A DNA stretch of 64,000 bases from Basidiobolus meristosporus CBS 931.73. Lineage: Eukaryota > Fungi > Basidiobolomycota. Each line of letters starts with the position of its first letter. Within the stretch, counting starts at the first letter, position 1. Below are positions 1 to 14,115 of the stretch, one piece after another. The notes under the pieces are model-generated. The model ran no database searches and was not told where the DNA came from. It saw nothing but the letters and a program-made list of their open reading frames with translations. Position numbers and translations under genes: made by a program. Where the stretch lies: assembly GCA_002104905.1 (NCBI GenBank), contig MCFE01000043.1, positions 124,001 through 188,000 on the forward strand. Direction: 5' to 3'.

Positions 1-386
1 ACCAAAGACCTCAGACTATTGAAGAAGCCATCAAGATTGCCATTGACTATAACTCAGCTATGTTTGGATTTGGGAAGCCTACAGTGACTAATCAGAAAGG
101 CTATAATCCTTATGAAAGAAGACAATCAGAAGCAGTACCAATGGAAATAGACGCTATGCAGAAGAATCCTACCTCAGAAGAATGTAAGAAGAAAGGACTT
201 TGCTTCAATTGCCACCAGCAAGGACATATTGCAAAGTACTGCCCTCAGAGAAGAAATGGACACCAGCCAACAAGAACCTTCAACCATATTGAGTCCCATG
301 AACACAGTAATGTGGAAGATGAGCTTGAAGAAGACTTGGAACTCACCTTCCATATGACAGAAGAGTACTTGTCCCAAATGACTTGA
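1..386 (+). pseudogene. Gypsy-1 gag C-terminus with zinc knuckle
   Basis: ORF 60-386 has PMEID and CFNCHQQGHIAKYC (CX2CX4HX4C); ends at TGA 384-386. Confidence 0.9.
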
Positions 387-853
387 AACTCAGGGAAGTT
401 ATTGTACTTGAATGGAGTAATCAATGGAGTACCTGCCAAGATCATGATTGACTCAGGAGCATCGCATGAGTACATGTCAGAGCAATTTGCTTTGAAAGCT
501 GGAATCAACTTGGAACCTACCAAATCAACTTCAGTTTCCACAGCTGATGGGAACTCCCACATAATCAACCGTATTACCCAGCCAGTAGGAATGAAGATCA
601 ATGACTATGAAGAAGACCAACCGGCTTATATATTTGGGAACTGCAAGTTTGACCTTGTACTTGGAAAAACCTGGCTATTTTGTCGTAATCCATCAATGAA
701 CTGGAGAACCCATGCTACTCAGATCCAAAAAGACAACAAGACCTATGAGCTATTACCTGCCATGCTGGATTTCAACTTGGTCAATTCCAGTGTGTGTGAG
801 ACAAGTGAACTTAGCAAGACCCAGTTCTGTAGAGCACTTAGAAAAGTACCGAG
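387..853 (+). pseudogene. Gypsy-1 aspartic protease region
   Basis: IMIDSGASHEYM motif; same frame as gag after one TGA; 1-nt frameshift near 841-847 relative to RT. Confidence 0.9.
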
Positions 854-3565
854 ATGTTCCTCATGGCGGTATTACAGGAGGATTCCTCTACCCCAGCACC
901 CCAGCAGGTCCAGACTCTCTTGAAGAAATATTCAGACGTGTTTCCAGATGAGCTTGTAAGCCTACCACCAGTCAGAGACGTGGATCATGCCATTGACACA
1001 GGAGATAGCCCTCCAGTGAGCAAGACACCTTACAGAATGAGTCCATTGGAATTGGAGGAAATGAAGAGACAAATTGATCAGCTATTGGAGCAAGGATACA
1101 TCAGGCCCAGCAAGTCACCTTGGGGAGCACCAGTGCTTTTTGTGAAAAAGAAGGATGGAACACTTAGGATGTGCATTGACTACAGAGCCCTGAACTCAGT
1201 TACCGTCAAGAATAAGTACCCTATACCTTGGATTGATGAGCTTTTGGACCAACTCAATGGAGCCACTATTTTCAGCAAGATAGACCTCATGTCAGGATAC
1301 AACCAGATTAGGGTGAAACCAGAAGATATCCCTAAGACAGCATTCAGGACCAGATATGGACATTACAAGTACTTAGTCATGAGTTTTGGCCTCACTAATG
1401 CCCCTGCAACATTCATGACACTGATGCAGACTGTCTTTCAGGAGTACTTAGACAAGTTTGTGATAGTCTACCTGGATGACATATTGATATACAGCAAGAC
1501 AGAAGAGGATCACGTAGTGCACATTGAAAAGGTCTTGAAGAAACTAAGAGAGAATGAGCTATATGGCAAGCTAGCCAAGTGTGAATTCTTCAAGGAACAC
1601 ATTGAATACCTGGGACACATAGTGACTAGCACAGGAGTAACCTTGGACCCAAAGAAGGTGGAAGTAATCAAGAATTTGAAGCAGCCCCATAGCATATCAG
1701 AACTCAGATCATTCCTTGGAATGGTTTCCTATTATCAGAGATTTGTCAAGTCTTTTGCAAGTATTGCAGCCCCTTTAACTGATATCCTCAAGAAAGACAA
1801 TACCTACAAGTGGGACATAGCTTGTGAGACTGCCTTCCAGATGCTCAAGAATGAACTTGCTAAGCTGCCAAGCCTAAGAATACCAGACTTCAGAAAAGAG
1901 TTCACTCTGTGCACAGATGCTTCAGATTATGCAATTGGTGGAGTGCTGAGCCAAGAACACAAGGGAAAGGACTACCCTGTTGCCTTTGAATCCAAGAAAC
2001 TGAACTCAGCAGAACAAAACTATCCAGTCCATGAGAAGGAGATGCTTGCTATAATACACTGTTTGAAGACATGGAGATGCTATATTGAAGGAGTCAAATG
2101 CACTGTGAAGACTGATCATGCCTCCCTCAAGTATATATTTACTCAGAAGGTACTCTCTAGAAGAATGACAAGATGGAGTGAATACATTCAGCAATTTGAC
2201 CTGGAGATTGTCTACTGCCCTGGAAAAACCAACATGATTGCGGATGCCTTATCAAGATTAGATCATGTTGCACAACTCAACTTGGTGCATGAATCAGATT
2301 GGCCTAGCCTATTACCAAAGTACTTGGAAGACCAAGCCATTCCTAATGAGGTGGATGAAGATATCAAGAAGATAATCCGTGATGAAGCCAGCAAATTTGT
2401 TGTACAGGATGAAACACTCTACCAAATTGTTGATGGAAGCCCTATTGCCTATTGTCCTTATGTTGCTTGCCTGGATTTAATACATAAGCTACACAACGGA
2501 TATGGACATCTTGGGATTGAAGGAACCCATAGCCTTGTGAAAGCCAGAGCATGGTGGCCCAGAATGAAACAAGATATTGAGAAGCTAGTGAAAACATGCC
2601 CAAACTGCCAAATCAATCAAGGCCAGCCACAAAGAATTGCCGAACTCTTCCCTTTGGAGCCTGTAAGACTGTTTGAGAGATGGGGAATCGACTTTATTGG
2701 AAGACTGCCAACTACCAGGAAATGCAACCGTTGGATCCTAGTAGCAATTGACCATGCCACTAAATGGCCAGTTGCTAAAGCTGTACCAATAGCCAGTGAA
2801 CAAGAAGTTGCAAGTTTCATTTACCATGAGATCCTGATGAAGTTTGGATGCCCTGTGGAGATCTTATCTGATAGAGGAGCAAACTTTATGGCAAAGACAT
2901 TAGAGGCTTACCTGGAAATGCAGCAGATCAGACACCTGAAAACCTTGGCATATCACCCCAGAACTAATGGAGTCACTGAGCGGTTTAATGGATTATTTGG
3001 AAAAATGCTGACCAAGTATGCAAATGGAGTTGTTGGTAGATGGGATGAGTATATAGACCAAGCACTCTTTGCACGCAGAGTCAGAGTACACAGCACCACC
3101 CAGCAATCACCATTTTACTTAGTTTATGGATGTGAACCAAGGATTCCAGGAGATCTCACACAACCAAAGCTTACAGACACTTTAGAAGATGAACTCAGTC
3201 AGCCAAGTAGACACAAGCAACTGGAACAAAGACGTCAAGAGGCACAGACCAAAGTATCTCAAAGTGCAGAAAAGATGAAGCAGAGATTTGATAAGACTAT
3301 AGCACCAGAAGCATTGACAGTTGGGAACTTTGTATTGCTAAGAAACAACACTCGGAAGAAGTTTGAGCCACAATGGACAGGACCATTCAAGATCATCAGA
3401 GAATGTCCATTTGCAACTTACCAACTGGTGGACAAACAAGGCAATATCCGGGAAGACTTAGTTCATAGGGACAGACTCAAGCTTGCAAGACTTGCTGATA
3501 ATACTGAACCATCAAGATATTGGTATCACAAGAAAAGAGATTCAGGAGAACCCTCTCAACTGTAG
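854..3565 (+). CDS. Gypsy-1 pol: reverse transcriptase, RNase H, integrase
   Basis: 903-aa ORF with [27 protein letters not shown]...[31 protein letters not shown]; no chromodomain seen. Confidence 0.95.
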   Translation: MFLMAVLQEDSSTPAPQQVQTLLKKYSDVFPDELVSLPPVRDVDHAIDTGDSPPVSKTPYRMSPLELEEMKRQIDQLLEQGYIRPSKSPWGAPVLFVKKKDGTLRMCIDYRALNSVTVKNKYPIPWIDELLDQLNGATIFSKIDLMSGYNQIRVKPEDIPKTAFRTRYGHYKYLVMSFGLTNAPATFMTLMQTVFQEYLDKFVIVYLDDILIYSKTEEDHVVHIEKVLKKLRENELYGKLAKCEFFKEHIEYLGHIVTSTGVTLDPKKVEVIKNLKQPHSISELRSFLGMVSYYQRFVKSFASIAAPLTDILKKDNTYKWDIACETAFQMLKNELAKLPSLRIPDFRKEFTLCTDASDYAIGGVLSQEHKGKDYPVAFESKKLNSAEQNYPVHEKEMLAIIHCLKTWRCYIEGVKCTVKTDHASLKYIFTQKVLSRRMTRWSEYIQQFDLEIVYCPGKTNMIADALSRLDHVAQLNLVHESDWPSLLPKYLEDQAIPNEVDEDIKKIIRDEASKFVVQDETLYQIVDGSPIAYCPYVACLDLIHKLHNGYGHLGIEGTHSLVKARAWWPRMKQDIEKLVKTCPNCQINQGQPQRIAELFPLEPVRLFERWGIDFIGRLPTTRKCNRWILVAIDHATKWPVAKAVPIASEQEVASFIYHEILMKFGCPVEILSDRGANFMAKTLEAYLEMQQIRHLKTLAYHPRTNGVTERFNGLFGKMLTKYANGVVGRWDEYIDQALFARRVRVHSTTQQSPFYLVYGCEPRIPGDLTQPKLTDTLEDELSQPSRHKQLEQRRQEAQTKVSQSAEKMKQRFDKTIAPEALTVGNFVLLRNNTRKKFEPQWTGPFKIIRECPFATYQLVDKQGNIREDLVHRDRLKLARLADNTEPSRYWYHKKRDSGEPSQL

Positions 3566-3575
3566 TAGGGGAGAA
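3566..3575 (+). other. Polypurine tract of Gypsy-1
   Basis: TAGGGGAGAA between the pol stop and the LTR start. Confidence 0.85.
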
Positions 3576-3943
3576 TGTTATGATCTACCGCTTGAATGTT
3601 TAAGTTAGATCAGTTTTTAGTCAAATCAATTAGTATATGTTTAGGTTATCAGTATATCAGTATTATCTATGAAATCAGTAGCATTAGTCAGCAAATGAAT
3701 CAGCAGATCCTTATCAGACAGAGATAGATATATTAAGTAGGATCTTATTGGGTGATGATGATGCAATCAAATGAGCCATCAGCCACAACCTACATTAGGA
3801 AATACAATTAGTCAGCAATTGATCTGGCCAAATGTATATAAGGAGCTGCTGGAACCTCAATAAAAATCAGTTCAAGTTTTAGTGAATACAATACTAGCTA
3901 AACTCCCTATTCCTCTACAACTCTTATACCAAGACTTGTAACA
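3576..3943 (+). repeat. Gypsy-1 3' LTR (368 bp)
   Basis: TGTTA...TAACA termini; closely similar inverted copy at 63210-63578. Confidence 0.93.
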
Positions 3944-4172
3944 GAGGCACTACTTGTGAGAAATACCCAGAGTAGGTATCTTTTATCATATTTGATTTTC
4001 TCCCAAGTTTGTTCTTGTATAGGCAGAGATACCTTTCTGTCTTTGTAACTATTGACCACAGCTGCATTCTTATCAAGTCCCTGCTGGCCAAGTTTACAGT
4101 TGCTCAGACATTGGAAGCTTTAGTACAATGTCATCTAAAATGATGCTGAACCCAGCACATACTTTTGTTACA
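3944..4172 (+). repeat. 3' part of an LTR-like repeat (family B) into which Gypsy-1 inserted
   Basis: Matches ~14755-14980 and reverse-complement ~23161-23310; ends TTACA followed by PBS-like TGGTATAAAGC. Confidence 0.6.
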
Positions 4173-4249
4173 ATGGTATAAAGCTCTAGCATTCCTGTCT
4201 AAGTCATAAAAAAGGGCACTGCAGCAGAAATACTGGCTGAATGGAGGAT

Positions 4250-4560
4250 TTTGATGGAGTTACATGTTGAGTGTTGGGTTGGACTTAGTGCTGGTGTTGG
4301 GTATAGGGATTTGTTTAGGTTAGCACAATTGACAGTTGAGTTACAGCTGAATATTGAAAGGAAATAAACCAATTTTTATGCATCAAATGTAAGAGAATTG
4401 GTTGAGTCAGGAAGCAAAGAGTGTGAGAAAGAAGCAATAGCCAATCAGTGTACACAAATGTAGGAGGTGGCTGAGTCCAGGATGTGAAAGTGAGAGAATT
4501 GGCAGCAAACCAATTAAAAGTCACTTATGGCCTGTTGTTGTGAAAAGTTTTGACTAGGGC
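4250..4560 (+). repeat. Unclassified repeat (family C)
   Basis: Reverse-complement homolog at ~10770-11105; boundaries approximate. Confidence 0.55.
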
Positions 4561-6594
4561 TGTTGAGAACACTGAGGTACAACTTTTTTTAGTGGTCTTT
4601 GCACAGTGTCATGATAGCATCAATACCTCTTAGTCACCAGGTTTAAATTTGTGACTGCCTTTTGACGGGATCATCACAATTATCTCTCACAGGGTGTTTG
4701 AGTGGTGATCCTAATGGGGTTACTTGTTATGTGTGTGACTGGACTCAATGTTGCCTTAAGAAAAAGTTCACCAGAGGCCAGCAGGTATAGGGATCATTCT
4801 AGGTCAGTGCAAACTGTGTTTGAGTTACAACCAGAGATTCAATGGAATTAGATTAACTTCTATGTATGAAAGTAAGAGCACCAGTGGAATTAGGAAGCAA
4901 GGTGTATGATGAAAAGGCAACAGACAATTGGTGCATACAAATATGGGAGATGATTGAGTGCCTGTGATCAGAGAGTGAGAGTAATTGCATTGCATTAATC
5001 AAAAGCACTTAGGGATTGTAGTGATGAGAATTTGATGAAGTATTTGAAATCTCAAGTAAGTTGTATTTTAGTTTTGCATGGTGGGCTAGCAGTGTGGTTG
5101 TGTATTGATCCAGGGGAGAGATGAATTTGCAACTTTGCTAGTGCTTTGTATGCCTACTGGGTGCAATGATTGTGGGCAAAAGCTTGCCTGTCTCTACTCT
5201 GGTGTGAACGGGAATAAAGCCCTGAGCTTGTCAAGGGTAAACTATTGAGCATCAATCTGTTTCTTGTTCAGATTTTCAATTGCAATTTTTTATGGAAGCA
5301 GTGGCAAGCTATTGACCAAGTTTGGTATGCATGCTGATTGGTCTATTTCACTGTTGGAAAGCTTGTCTGCATTTCTGCCCAACTGCAAGAACCTGAGATA
5401 CTGAGAGTTGTCAACTTTGAGAAACTTGGAACTCAGCTGATATTTATTGGTATTGTGCAGAAATTGACTTTGTATTTTTCTCAAGGTATATTTTATGGAG
5501 TTTCTTATGAAGCAGATGAGCAGGGAGATGTGGTGAAGAGCCAAGTTACAAGTACTATCTGATCCTAACTACAGCAAGCACCTTATTTTCTATTCTACCA
5601 TAGTTGTTATTAGCTGAGACATGAAGGACAGGCATGTTGGATGTATTACCATGTCTAAATTACTTTGAAAATATTGCACTCAAATCTGTCATAGATTCAG
5701 TGAGTCAGTTTATGGAAGATGGTGAGGTAGCTGTGGAAATCCATTAGTCAGGTGCTCTTACTGAGATACCTATGCCTTTAGTATTTGGATGTCATGTTGC
5801 CAAAATGTGTTGTTATTGATAGAGTGATAATAGATTACATTAGATGCAAAAAATCATTAGTCTTATAATAAGGCAAGTCTTCCAGAATACAGATGAAACT
5901 AAATATCCAGGTACAGAGAGGTATTTTGCTGCTATGCAAGATACATTCATAGCCTATATAGTGCCAATTGGGCTTATGTTGTAAAGATATTTATGCAATC
6001 AGCACTATAAGGCATGTGGCAGCTTTGCAATTGTAGCACTGAAAATTCACACAGTCAAGGTGATAGATTTGTGTCAATTGAAGCACACTTGAATGTATGT
6101 CAGGGCTGATAAGCAGAAGTCCATGGTATCTTGGAGCTCCAACAATATTTGGAATACCCATGGTAATAGTGGGTACAAAAGTATGGCATCATTATTCTGC
6201 AGTAGAATACAGGAATGGTGCAAGCAGTGGTAGACACTCAATCACCATTTGGTAAATCTATATAAGTATTATTGTACCAGATTATGCAATTTGATGTATC
6301 AGCCAGCTAGGTCCTGTCAATATAATGCAGGCTGCAATAGGGCCATTACAAGGCCATTGGAAATTTGCATCAGGGGCACTGAGACACTGCTTAATCTATA
6401 GCTATATTAGGCAGTCTGGATGTTGCTACACCACTACAATCCAGCTTCTACCTGGTTAAGAAGATCAAGAATTTTGGGCTCCTTGCATGTAATGGATTCC
6501 TTGCTGGATATTGATTGCTGGTCGGCACTGGATTTATTCATAAGAACAAGTTATATCTTTTGTGCAGTTTGTTGCAGCAGGGTCTATAAGACAT

Positions 6595-6840
6595 TTTAAA
6601 AACTGATGATAGGGCTAAGAGATATAAAGTAAGACTTGTAGCCAAGTATATTGTCAGAACATATGATCAGACTACACAAAAATGCTTTCATGCACACTTA
6701 AGTTTGATTCCATCAAATTAATACTGGCTAGTGCTGCCAGCTATTAGTTTCACATTCACCAAAAGGATATAAAAGCCAAGCTCTTAGTAAGTAACTCAAT
6801 GAGGACATGCATATAAGCCAGCCCAGTGGGGTTTCTGAAA
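6595..6840 (+). pseudogene. Highly decayed Copia RT fragment
   Basis: Aligns by eye to the RYKARLVAK...SIRLILA...DVYM.QP segment of the Copia at ~28420-28650. Confidence 0.7.
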
Positions 6841-7449
6841 AAATGGCCCCTACTTGGGAAGTCAACAGATAGTTCTTCCTTTGGTTTTTAGCAGTTGCCA
6901 AGAGCTTGACAGTGTTAGATAAACATATATTTGGAATTTATAAGCCTCCTAATAAATACTGCTGCCTAAAATATCACTCTGATCAGATAAGTAAAATCCA
7001 TATCCATTTACTCAATAAACCTGTTCTATTAGATAGTGCCACATAGTACCAGCTAGTTTGTAGTGGTAAATCAATCTGGCACCCTACAACTTTCTGTGAT
7101 GTAAAAATCCCAACTGTGATGCCAGTGGTAGGATGCAGGTATTAATATTTTTGCTTGGTCACACTTATGTAGCCCCAAAATAGTGCTTTTCATGCCTTAT
7201 TTTCTCCTCATAATGATTTAGAAACATTTCTCTTGGTGGCTGTTGTCTTGCATGAATATACTGTGCATTAATATATATCTTGACTATTTTACTTAGTTTG
7301 CCTTCTTCTCTTTTATATGACTTTCCTGTATACTGACCTGCCAATATGCTAAATCTCATCAGATATCCAAATGTATGCTATGCTCCCACTTTGAAATGAA
7401 TAAATCAATTATTTTAGAGTTTCTCCTTCCTGATAAGCTCACTATTCCT

Positions 7450-8100
7450 TGGCTTTGTATAACCTGTAATAAATCCTAATCTCTGACAATCCTTTACTAA
7501 TTAAGCCAATTCTGCCATACATTTTTCCCATTTGCTGAATTTTGGATGATATGCTACCCAGAGTGCTTCATTGGTGCTACTTTCAGCAAATGGCCCACTA
7601 AACCAGTTGATGCCAACCACAATGTTAGACAGTTCTTAAAACTTGACACAGCAACCCTTGTGTTTGCCAGAATAAAAGTTCCTCTGCCCTCCAGAGGGTC
7701 CTTTAATCCTCACCAAAATACTCCTGAATTGGACTGTTTGGCTGAATACTCTTGCATATGGAAGCCTATTTGAGCTTCTGAGCCAGGTATTACAGTCTTG
7801 CTCAAAGTCTTTCATATACTTTGCAAGGTGGTTCCCTATCACTGTCAGCAGGTAATAAATGCTTCTAGGACTTTTGTTGCTTTGGACATTTGGGTTAAAT
7901 CTCACAGGGCAATAGTCCTTGTGATAGCAGAGAACCTAAACAAGTGATCTCCTTGAGTAGACTGAGGTAGATGGTCCTGAGCACTTGGTATAGATCTCCT
8001 CTGATGTGTCAAAAGGAAACTCATTTGTGGTGATGGGATCGATGACAATAGACTATTCAGATGAGTAAGTCGTATCAATGCTAGTGAGTGATCAAGCAGC
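7450..8100 (-). pseudogene. Unclassified repeated coding relic (family E), copy 1
   Basis: ORF 7636-7905 shares F.P....NK.PRS....LTV..N.LA..M with ORF 19620-19904, and NHL...RSSNRLPY with ~22330-22420. Confidence 0.6.
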
Positions 8101-9794
8101 AATGATTTGAGCTGGTTTTACACAACCAGCTTACTTTATCTGGTTCTTCATGCGCAATAGACTTGTTCCACCATCCTGTGCAAAGGCATGCAGCATGATT
8201 TGTGGTCTTTAAGAACAATTGGGTACCATACTAAAGTTACCAATATGCAAGATCATTCTTGGACAATTCTCCACTCTATGGGACAATCTTGCATACTTCT
8301 CAGAATCTAACACAACAAGGTTAGCACAGATGATTGTGCCTACTTGTAATGCTTGTATCACATGTGTTATTGAATAACGCCATTATGGTAGGTAAAATTG
8401 GGTAGAAGGATATGCTTCTTTAATGAAATTGGAAATAAATGCATACTCTACTCAATACTGATACACTATTTTGGTACCATCATTCTGATAGGATGATATT
8501 TCAGCAGATAATGGGTCCAATAGTCTCCTGAAGCTGTGGCACCCAATTAGCCCATTGGCCTACAAACCAGCTACGTAAATTGTCATCAAATATCCCATTT
8601 TGCCTATCAATCAGGTAGTCCCTCAATTTAGTGATTGGACAAGATGTCTTAGCTAGCACTCAATGAATTGGGTGACTGTGAGACATATTGAATTGCTGCT
8701 ATGGTGTTACATATGGTCTATATGTATGCAGGGTGTTTATTTGTAAGGGTTTTGTCTCAAGTTGGTGATAACCTTGATATCACATATATCAAGAATTTAG
8801 TATTTATTGGCTTGCAATATACTGATCTGGATCACAAAGAGAAGACTTACACTGTTTGGATTATGACTAATGATAGCAATTCAATACTATCACATCATCT
8901 TCTCATAGTTTTTTTCTTATAGGGATAACTGCTAAAGCATTTGGTAGTATATGCTTTGCACACTTAGACCACTTCCTTGCTGATTATCATCATTACTGCT
9001 TGTGTACTTGTAACCACATTTTTCCTGCTGGTTGTTGAGTAAAGTGCTGTAACTTGGCCACACTGAATTGCACCAGACAATATTCCAGAGCCAGTTTGGA
9101 GTGCCATGTGCTGACACATTCTTTTACCTACCAAAGGCTGCTATTGGGGAAGTATTTCTAGCAGGTCTTTATCAGTCAGCTCACCAGAAGTAAATTGCTG
9201 ATGGTCTGATGTGATGGCATGTCTGAGTACAACATGACCTGCTGGCCTGGCCTTTTGCTGAGTTCAATGCAATGCAACAGGTTAAATTGACTTTACCAAT
9301 TCCAGTGGACTTGTGTCTAGCTTAGTAGTTTTGCAAGTTCTGGAAATCTTGCTTTGAGCCACACAAGCTGACTTGATGCACAGTGTAGAGTGGATTGACT
9401 TGTTTTGATGCATTGGCATTGCAATGCTAGATAAAGGCTCCAGTGAACTATGCTGGTTTAATCTTAGCACTGTTGCCCACGGTCTGTATTCTTCCTCTTC
9501 AAGCTCACTTTCTGATTTTGCAAGGTATTCAACTCGTTTAACTGGATAGGCTGGAGCGTATTGCCAGATTGATCTGATATTCTATGGCATTATATGGCAC
9601 TGTAATCTCTTCTATGATGCCAGTGGTGGGATACAGTTGCTGGTAATTTTACTCAATCTTACTTATGCAGCTCTGAATAGGCTTCTCTTGCTTTGTTTAC
9701 TTTTCATAATGCTCTAGACATGTTTCTCTCAGTGGATGTCTTCTTGTATGAATATACTGCGTACTAATAAGTATCTTGATTATTTTACCTACTA

Positions 9795-10504
9795 GACTTG
9801 TTCTGTGGGGTAGTACAACGTGGAGCCACAAGTGCCAAATGATGACATAGTATGCTTGGGAGGCCAAGTGGACCTTAATTTGGCCACAGAGTGTGAGACA
9901 TAGCTCTTCATCTTCATGCAAAGCAGCCCGTGTATTTCACCTATTTTGCTTGAGAAAATCCATTTTTTGACTTTTTTTTGGGATCAATGTTGTGCAGGAT
10001 GTAGGCAAGCTCAGGAGGACTGAAGATATCTTTATGGTGCCCAATACCCATGGCACTCTGAATCTAGCTCCTGTGGCTTGTAACATGTCATAAAAATGCA
10101 TGATACTATCTAGCAATATATTTAGATATTGGCTCTAATGTAAAATCTATAAAAAGCACTGATAGTGCCCAATAGTACCAGTGGACCAAGATAGTGCCAT
10201 ATATTTTTGTGCTATGTCATAAGCCACAGGAGATAGATTCAGAGTGCCATGGGTACTGAGTACCAGATAAATATCTTAAATCCTTCTGTGTTCTTCTACA
10301 TCCTGCAAAGCATTGATCCCAAAAAAAGGTCAAAAAATGAACTTTCCCCTGCTCAATGGGTGGAACATAGGGGCTGCTTTGCATGAAGATGAAGAACTAT
10401 GGTTCACACTCTATGGCCAAGTTTAGGTCTGCTGTGCCTCTCTGGCACACAATGGAACTATTTGGCACTCATGGCTCAATGTGGCATACTCAATGGAACA
10501 AGCC
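9795..10504. mobile_element. Foldback/MITE-like element, copy A (~710 bp, ~300-bp inverted arms)
   Basis: Termini GACTTGTTC...GAACAAGCC, flanked by TA; an empty-site paralog of the flanks lies at ~7216-7440. Confidence 0.85.
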
Positions 10505-10769
10505 TATTCTGCTGTTTTCTCCTTTATATGAGTTTCCTCTTTATATACTGGTCTATATACTGAATCTCCTAAGATATTCAATGTATGCTCTGTTCTTACT
10601 TTGAAAATAATAAATATCTAAATGTAGAGCTTCTGCTTCCTACTATGCACACTATTCCCTATGAAGAATTATTGTAATGATTCCATCAAAAGGCTGTCAT
10701 AAATTTAAAATCCTGTGACTTAGAGGTACTGATCCCTCAGGTCACTATGCAGGGACCATTGAATAATAG

Positions 10770-11105
10770 TTGCACCCCAGATTTCACAAAAAACTTAGTC
10801 AAAATTTTTCATTACAGCAATATATAAGTGGCTTTTGATGGTTTCCCTGCCAATTTACTCATTTTCTGATCCCAGAAACTCTATCACCACCTACACTTGT
10901 GTGCATTGATTGGTTAACACCTCTTTTTCACACTCTTTACTTCCTGACTCAACAGTTTCTCTTACTTTTCATGCACACAAACTGATTTATTTCCATTGAA
11001 ACTTTTGTTTTACCTCAATTGCTAATTGTATTGACCTATATAAGTCCATATACCCTACGCAAACATTAAGCCCAACCCCACACTCAACAAGTAACTCAAT
11101 TAAAA
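10770..11105 (-). repeat. Family C repeat, inverted copy
   Basis: Reverse-complement similarity to ~4250-4560. Confidence 0.55.
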
Positions 11106-11119
11106 TGCACCACTCAATA

Positions 11120-11828
11120 GACTTGTTCCATTGGATAGTGCCACATTAAGCCATGAGTGCCAGGGAGGCCAAGTGAGCCTATTCTTGGCCACAGAGTGCA
11201 AAACATAGCTTTGAATCTTCATGCAAAGCAGCCTCTGTGTTTCACCTATTGTGTTGGAGAAAATCTGTTTATTGACTTTTTATTGGATCAAGGTTGTGCA
11301 GGATTTGTAAGAGCACAGGAGAACTGAAGACATGCATCTGGTACTCACAACCAATGGCACTCTGAATCAAGCTCCTGTAGCTAGTATCATGTCACAAAAA
11401 TGAATGGCACTATCTTGGTCCACTGGTACTATCTGGCACTATATTTATATATAAGCCCTAAAGTAAGACCTGTACAAAGCACTTATTGTTTCAGATAGTA
11501 TCTGTGGACCAGGATAGTGCCATTCATTTTTGTGACATAATACAAGCTAAGGGAGCTATATTTAGAGTGCCATGGGTAGTGAGTACCAGATGCATGTCTT
11601 CAGTTCTCCTGTGCTCTTGCACATCCTGCACAACATTGATCCATAAAAAAAGGTCAAAAAATGGATTTTCTCCTACAAAATGGATGAAGCACAGGGGCTT
11701 TTTTGCATGCAGATGCAGAGCTATGTCTCACACTTTGTGCCATGTATAGGCCTACTTGGCCTCCCTGGCACACTATGGCATCATTTGGCACTCATGGCTC
11801 ACTGTGGCATTATCCAACAGAATAAGTC
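11120..11828. mobile_element. Foldback element, copy B
   Basis: TA-GACTTGTTC...AATAAGTC-TA; long inverted arms. Confidence 0.87.
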
Positions 11829-14115
11829 TAATATATATTTCTGCTGCAACACTCTGGTTCCAGAGCTTTGGTGGGAACCCAATGGCTTTATACCACTGTT
11901 CAGTCACTGGTTCTGGCATGTCCTTGTTTTTAGCCAATTCTGCAAGGTCTAGCACCTCATCTGCCAGTCATTGCAATAAATCCTTGCAATATTCAAGTGT
12001 GTTTTCTTGAGCACCGCTCCTGAAGAAGTGCTGCAGCCTCCTGGTATGCCTATTGATATTCCAAAACTCCACTGATATTGTCATGAGAGTCTTTTGAGTT
12101 CTTGATGTTGTAGCCTTGTCAATCAGTACAATCTCCACTCTGGCAACATTGGAGGATGCGGAGGATGTGGAGGCTGTGGTAAACAAATTGCCTTTTTCTG
12201 CAAACTCATCTATCTTCTTAGAGTGTAGCTTGACTAGTTTGTGCCTCCAACTGTTGGAAAAACAGCAGTTTTCTTGCTGGTAAATCTACTTGGCTATCAT
12301 GGGATTCAGTTGGTCCCAGGCTTGCAGAGTTATTTGGCATGAGCTATAGTTTTTTTGCTTGCTTCCCTGTCTCAGGCTTGAATATACATCTTCCCTTTAC
12401 TTTTTCCTTTATCACTGCCAGGTCAATCACTGCTACTTTGGCTGAGTGCTTGTTGTAGTGAGCTACACTTTCTCCTTGATAAACACTGCTCTGACGCATC
12501 TGTATTGGTCTGCTTGTCCCTTGCTGGCACTCTTCTGACAACTTGATGTTTCTTTCCTACTTCTTTTGAGCTCTCAACCATAGTAGTGATAGGCTCCTGT
12601 AAATCCACTGGCTTTGATCACTACCAGGTCCTTCAGTGCTACTTTAACTGAGTGCTTCTTGAGTAGCACTATGCTTTTTCTCTGATAAATGTTATGCTGG
12701 TGCATCTGTGTCTGCCTACTTGTCCCTAATGGGCATTCTTCAGCTACCTGACATCTCTTTAACAGGTGTCTGGAGCTTTTGGCCCCACTTGTGACAGGCT
12801 CTTGAGGAAGCTGCTGGTATTAGCCACAGCACCCATGTTCTTCTGCCTTTGATAGTTTCTGCTATTCTTAAGATACTTTTTTAGCATACCAATGCTGGCC
12901 AAAAACTGCTTGCTCATATAAATCCAGGATAAAGCTCATGGAACAAGTCAAGTGTATTATGCTTGGCCTTGAGATCCTGATGGTCCCATGGTATGCTAAC
13001 CATAAGGTGATGGCATGCTAGACTTCTGATGGCCTCTTGAATGGTAGCTCACTTTTCATTAATGTACTCAATGGCTTCATGGATCACTGATGTCTTTTGA
13101 TTTTTAGGCTTTGGTATAAATACCACATTATCTCCCTCCCACAATGTGATACGTTTTTCTGTGGGATTCATCTTTGGGCACTCTTGTTGGGCTTCAAAGA
13201 TTGTATGGTGTTCCTCTGCTGTTACATTGGGAAAAGGCTCATTTCTTGGCTGTGACAATGAGCTACTTGAGTTCCTTCTTTGCAGCAAAGATACTGCTTT
13301 GTCTACCTGGGATATTGATTGCTCTACCCATATTATCTGCTCATCCTGTTTCTGGACTATTTCCTGATTTTTCTGGGCCATTGCGCCTATCCTATCAGCC
13401 ACTGCACCTAATTACTTCATTAATGCTTTGGTATAAGCTGACAATAAACTTGCTAATATGGGTGGTGGTGATGTTATGATGGCCACTTGCTGGTCTTTAA
13501 CTGAGGGTACTGCATTTGCTACATTCTCTTCTGCCTGAGCATTACGCCCAGCTTGTGGCTTTGCGGAGGTTCTCAATAGCATACTTGACTGAGAGTCTGA
13601 GGAGTCTACATTATTACTTTCAGTGGGCACACTCTCAACATGGCCTTTTTTGTATGTAGCCCTGCTTGTTGCACATATTGCCAAGGATACTTTATGGAGC
13701 CAAGTGAGTCCAGTAATTCATCTTCTGGTTAATGATGTAATGTTGTGGCTAGAGAAGTGGTACATTTCCACTAATATCAGTAATGGGGGCTTTGAGGATT
13801 TATTACTACTTCCTGCCAAAATCATTCCAGGATGCAACTTACCATGTACATGGTACAAGTGTACAATTGTCATGCGGCTGGCAACATATGACCCGGAGAC
13901 TGTACTGACTCCAGCATGTCTTAACAGTTGTATGGCACTCACATCCAAAATGCTACCATTGCAACATGTCCAAGTAGTCAGGAATCCACCACCATTGGGG
14001 GAAAAAGTTGTTCACACTCTGGATATATTCCAGTCATACTGCATCCAAAGAAGCTCATGCAGTCTGAAAAATATTGAAAAGCTATAAAGTACCACACTCA
14101 ATATCAATCAAGCAC

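Larger units (their letters stand above)
1..3943 (+). mobile_element. Ty3/Gypsy LTR retrotransposon (Gypsy-1), 5' part outside the window, mildly degenerate
   Basis: Domain order gag(CCHC)-PR-RT-RNaseH-IN, then PPT and a TGTTA...TAACA LTR. Confidence 0.97.
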
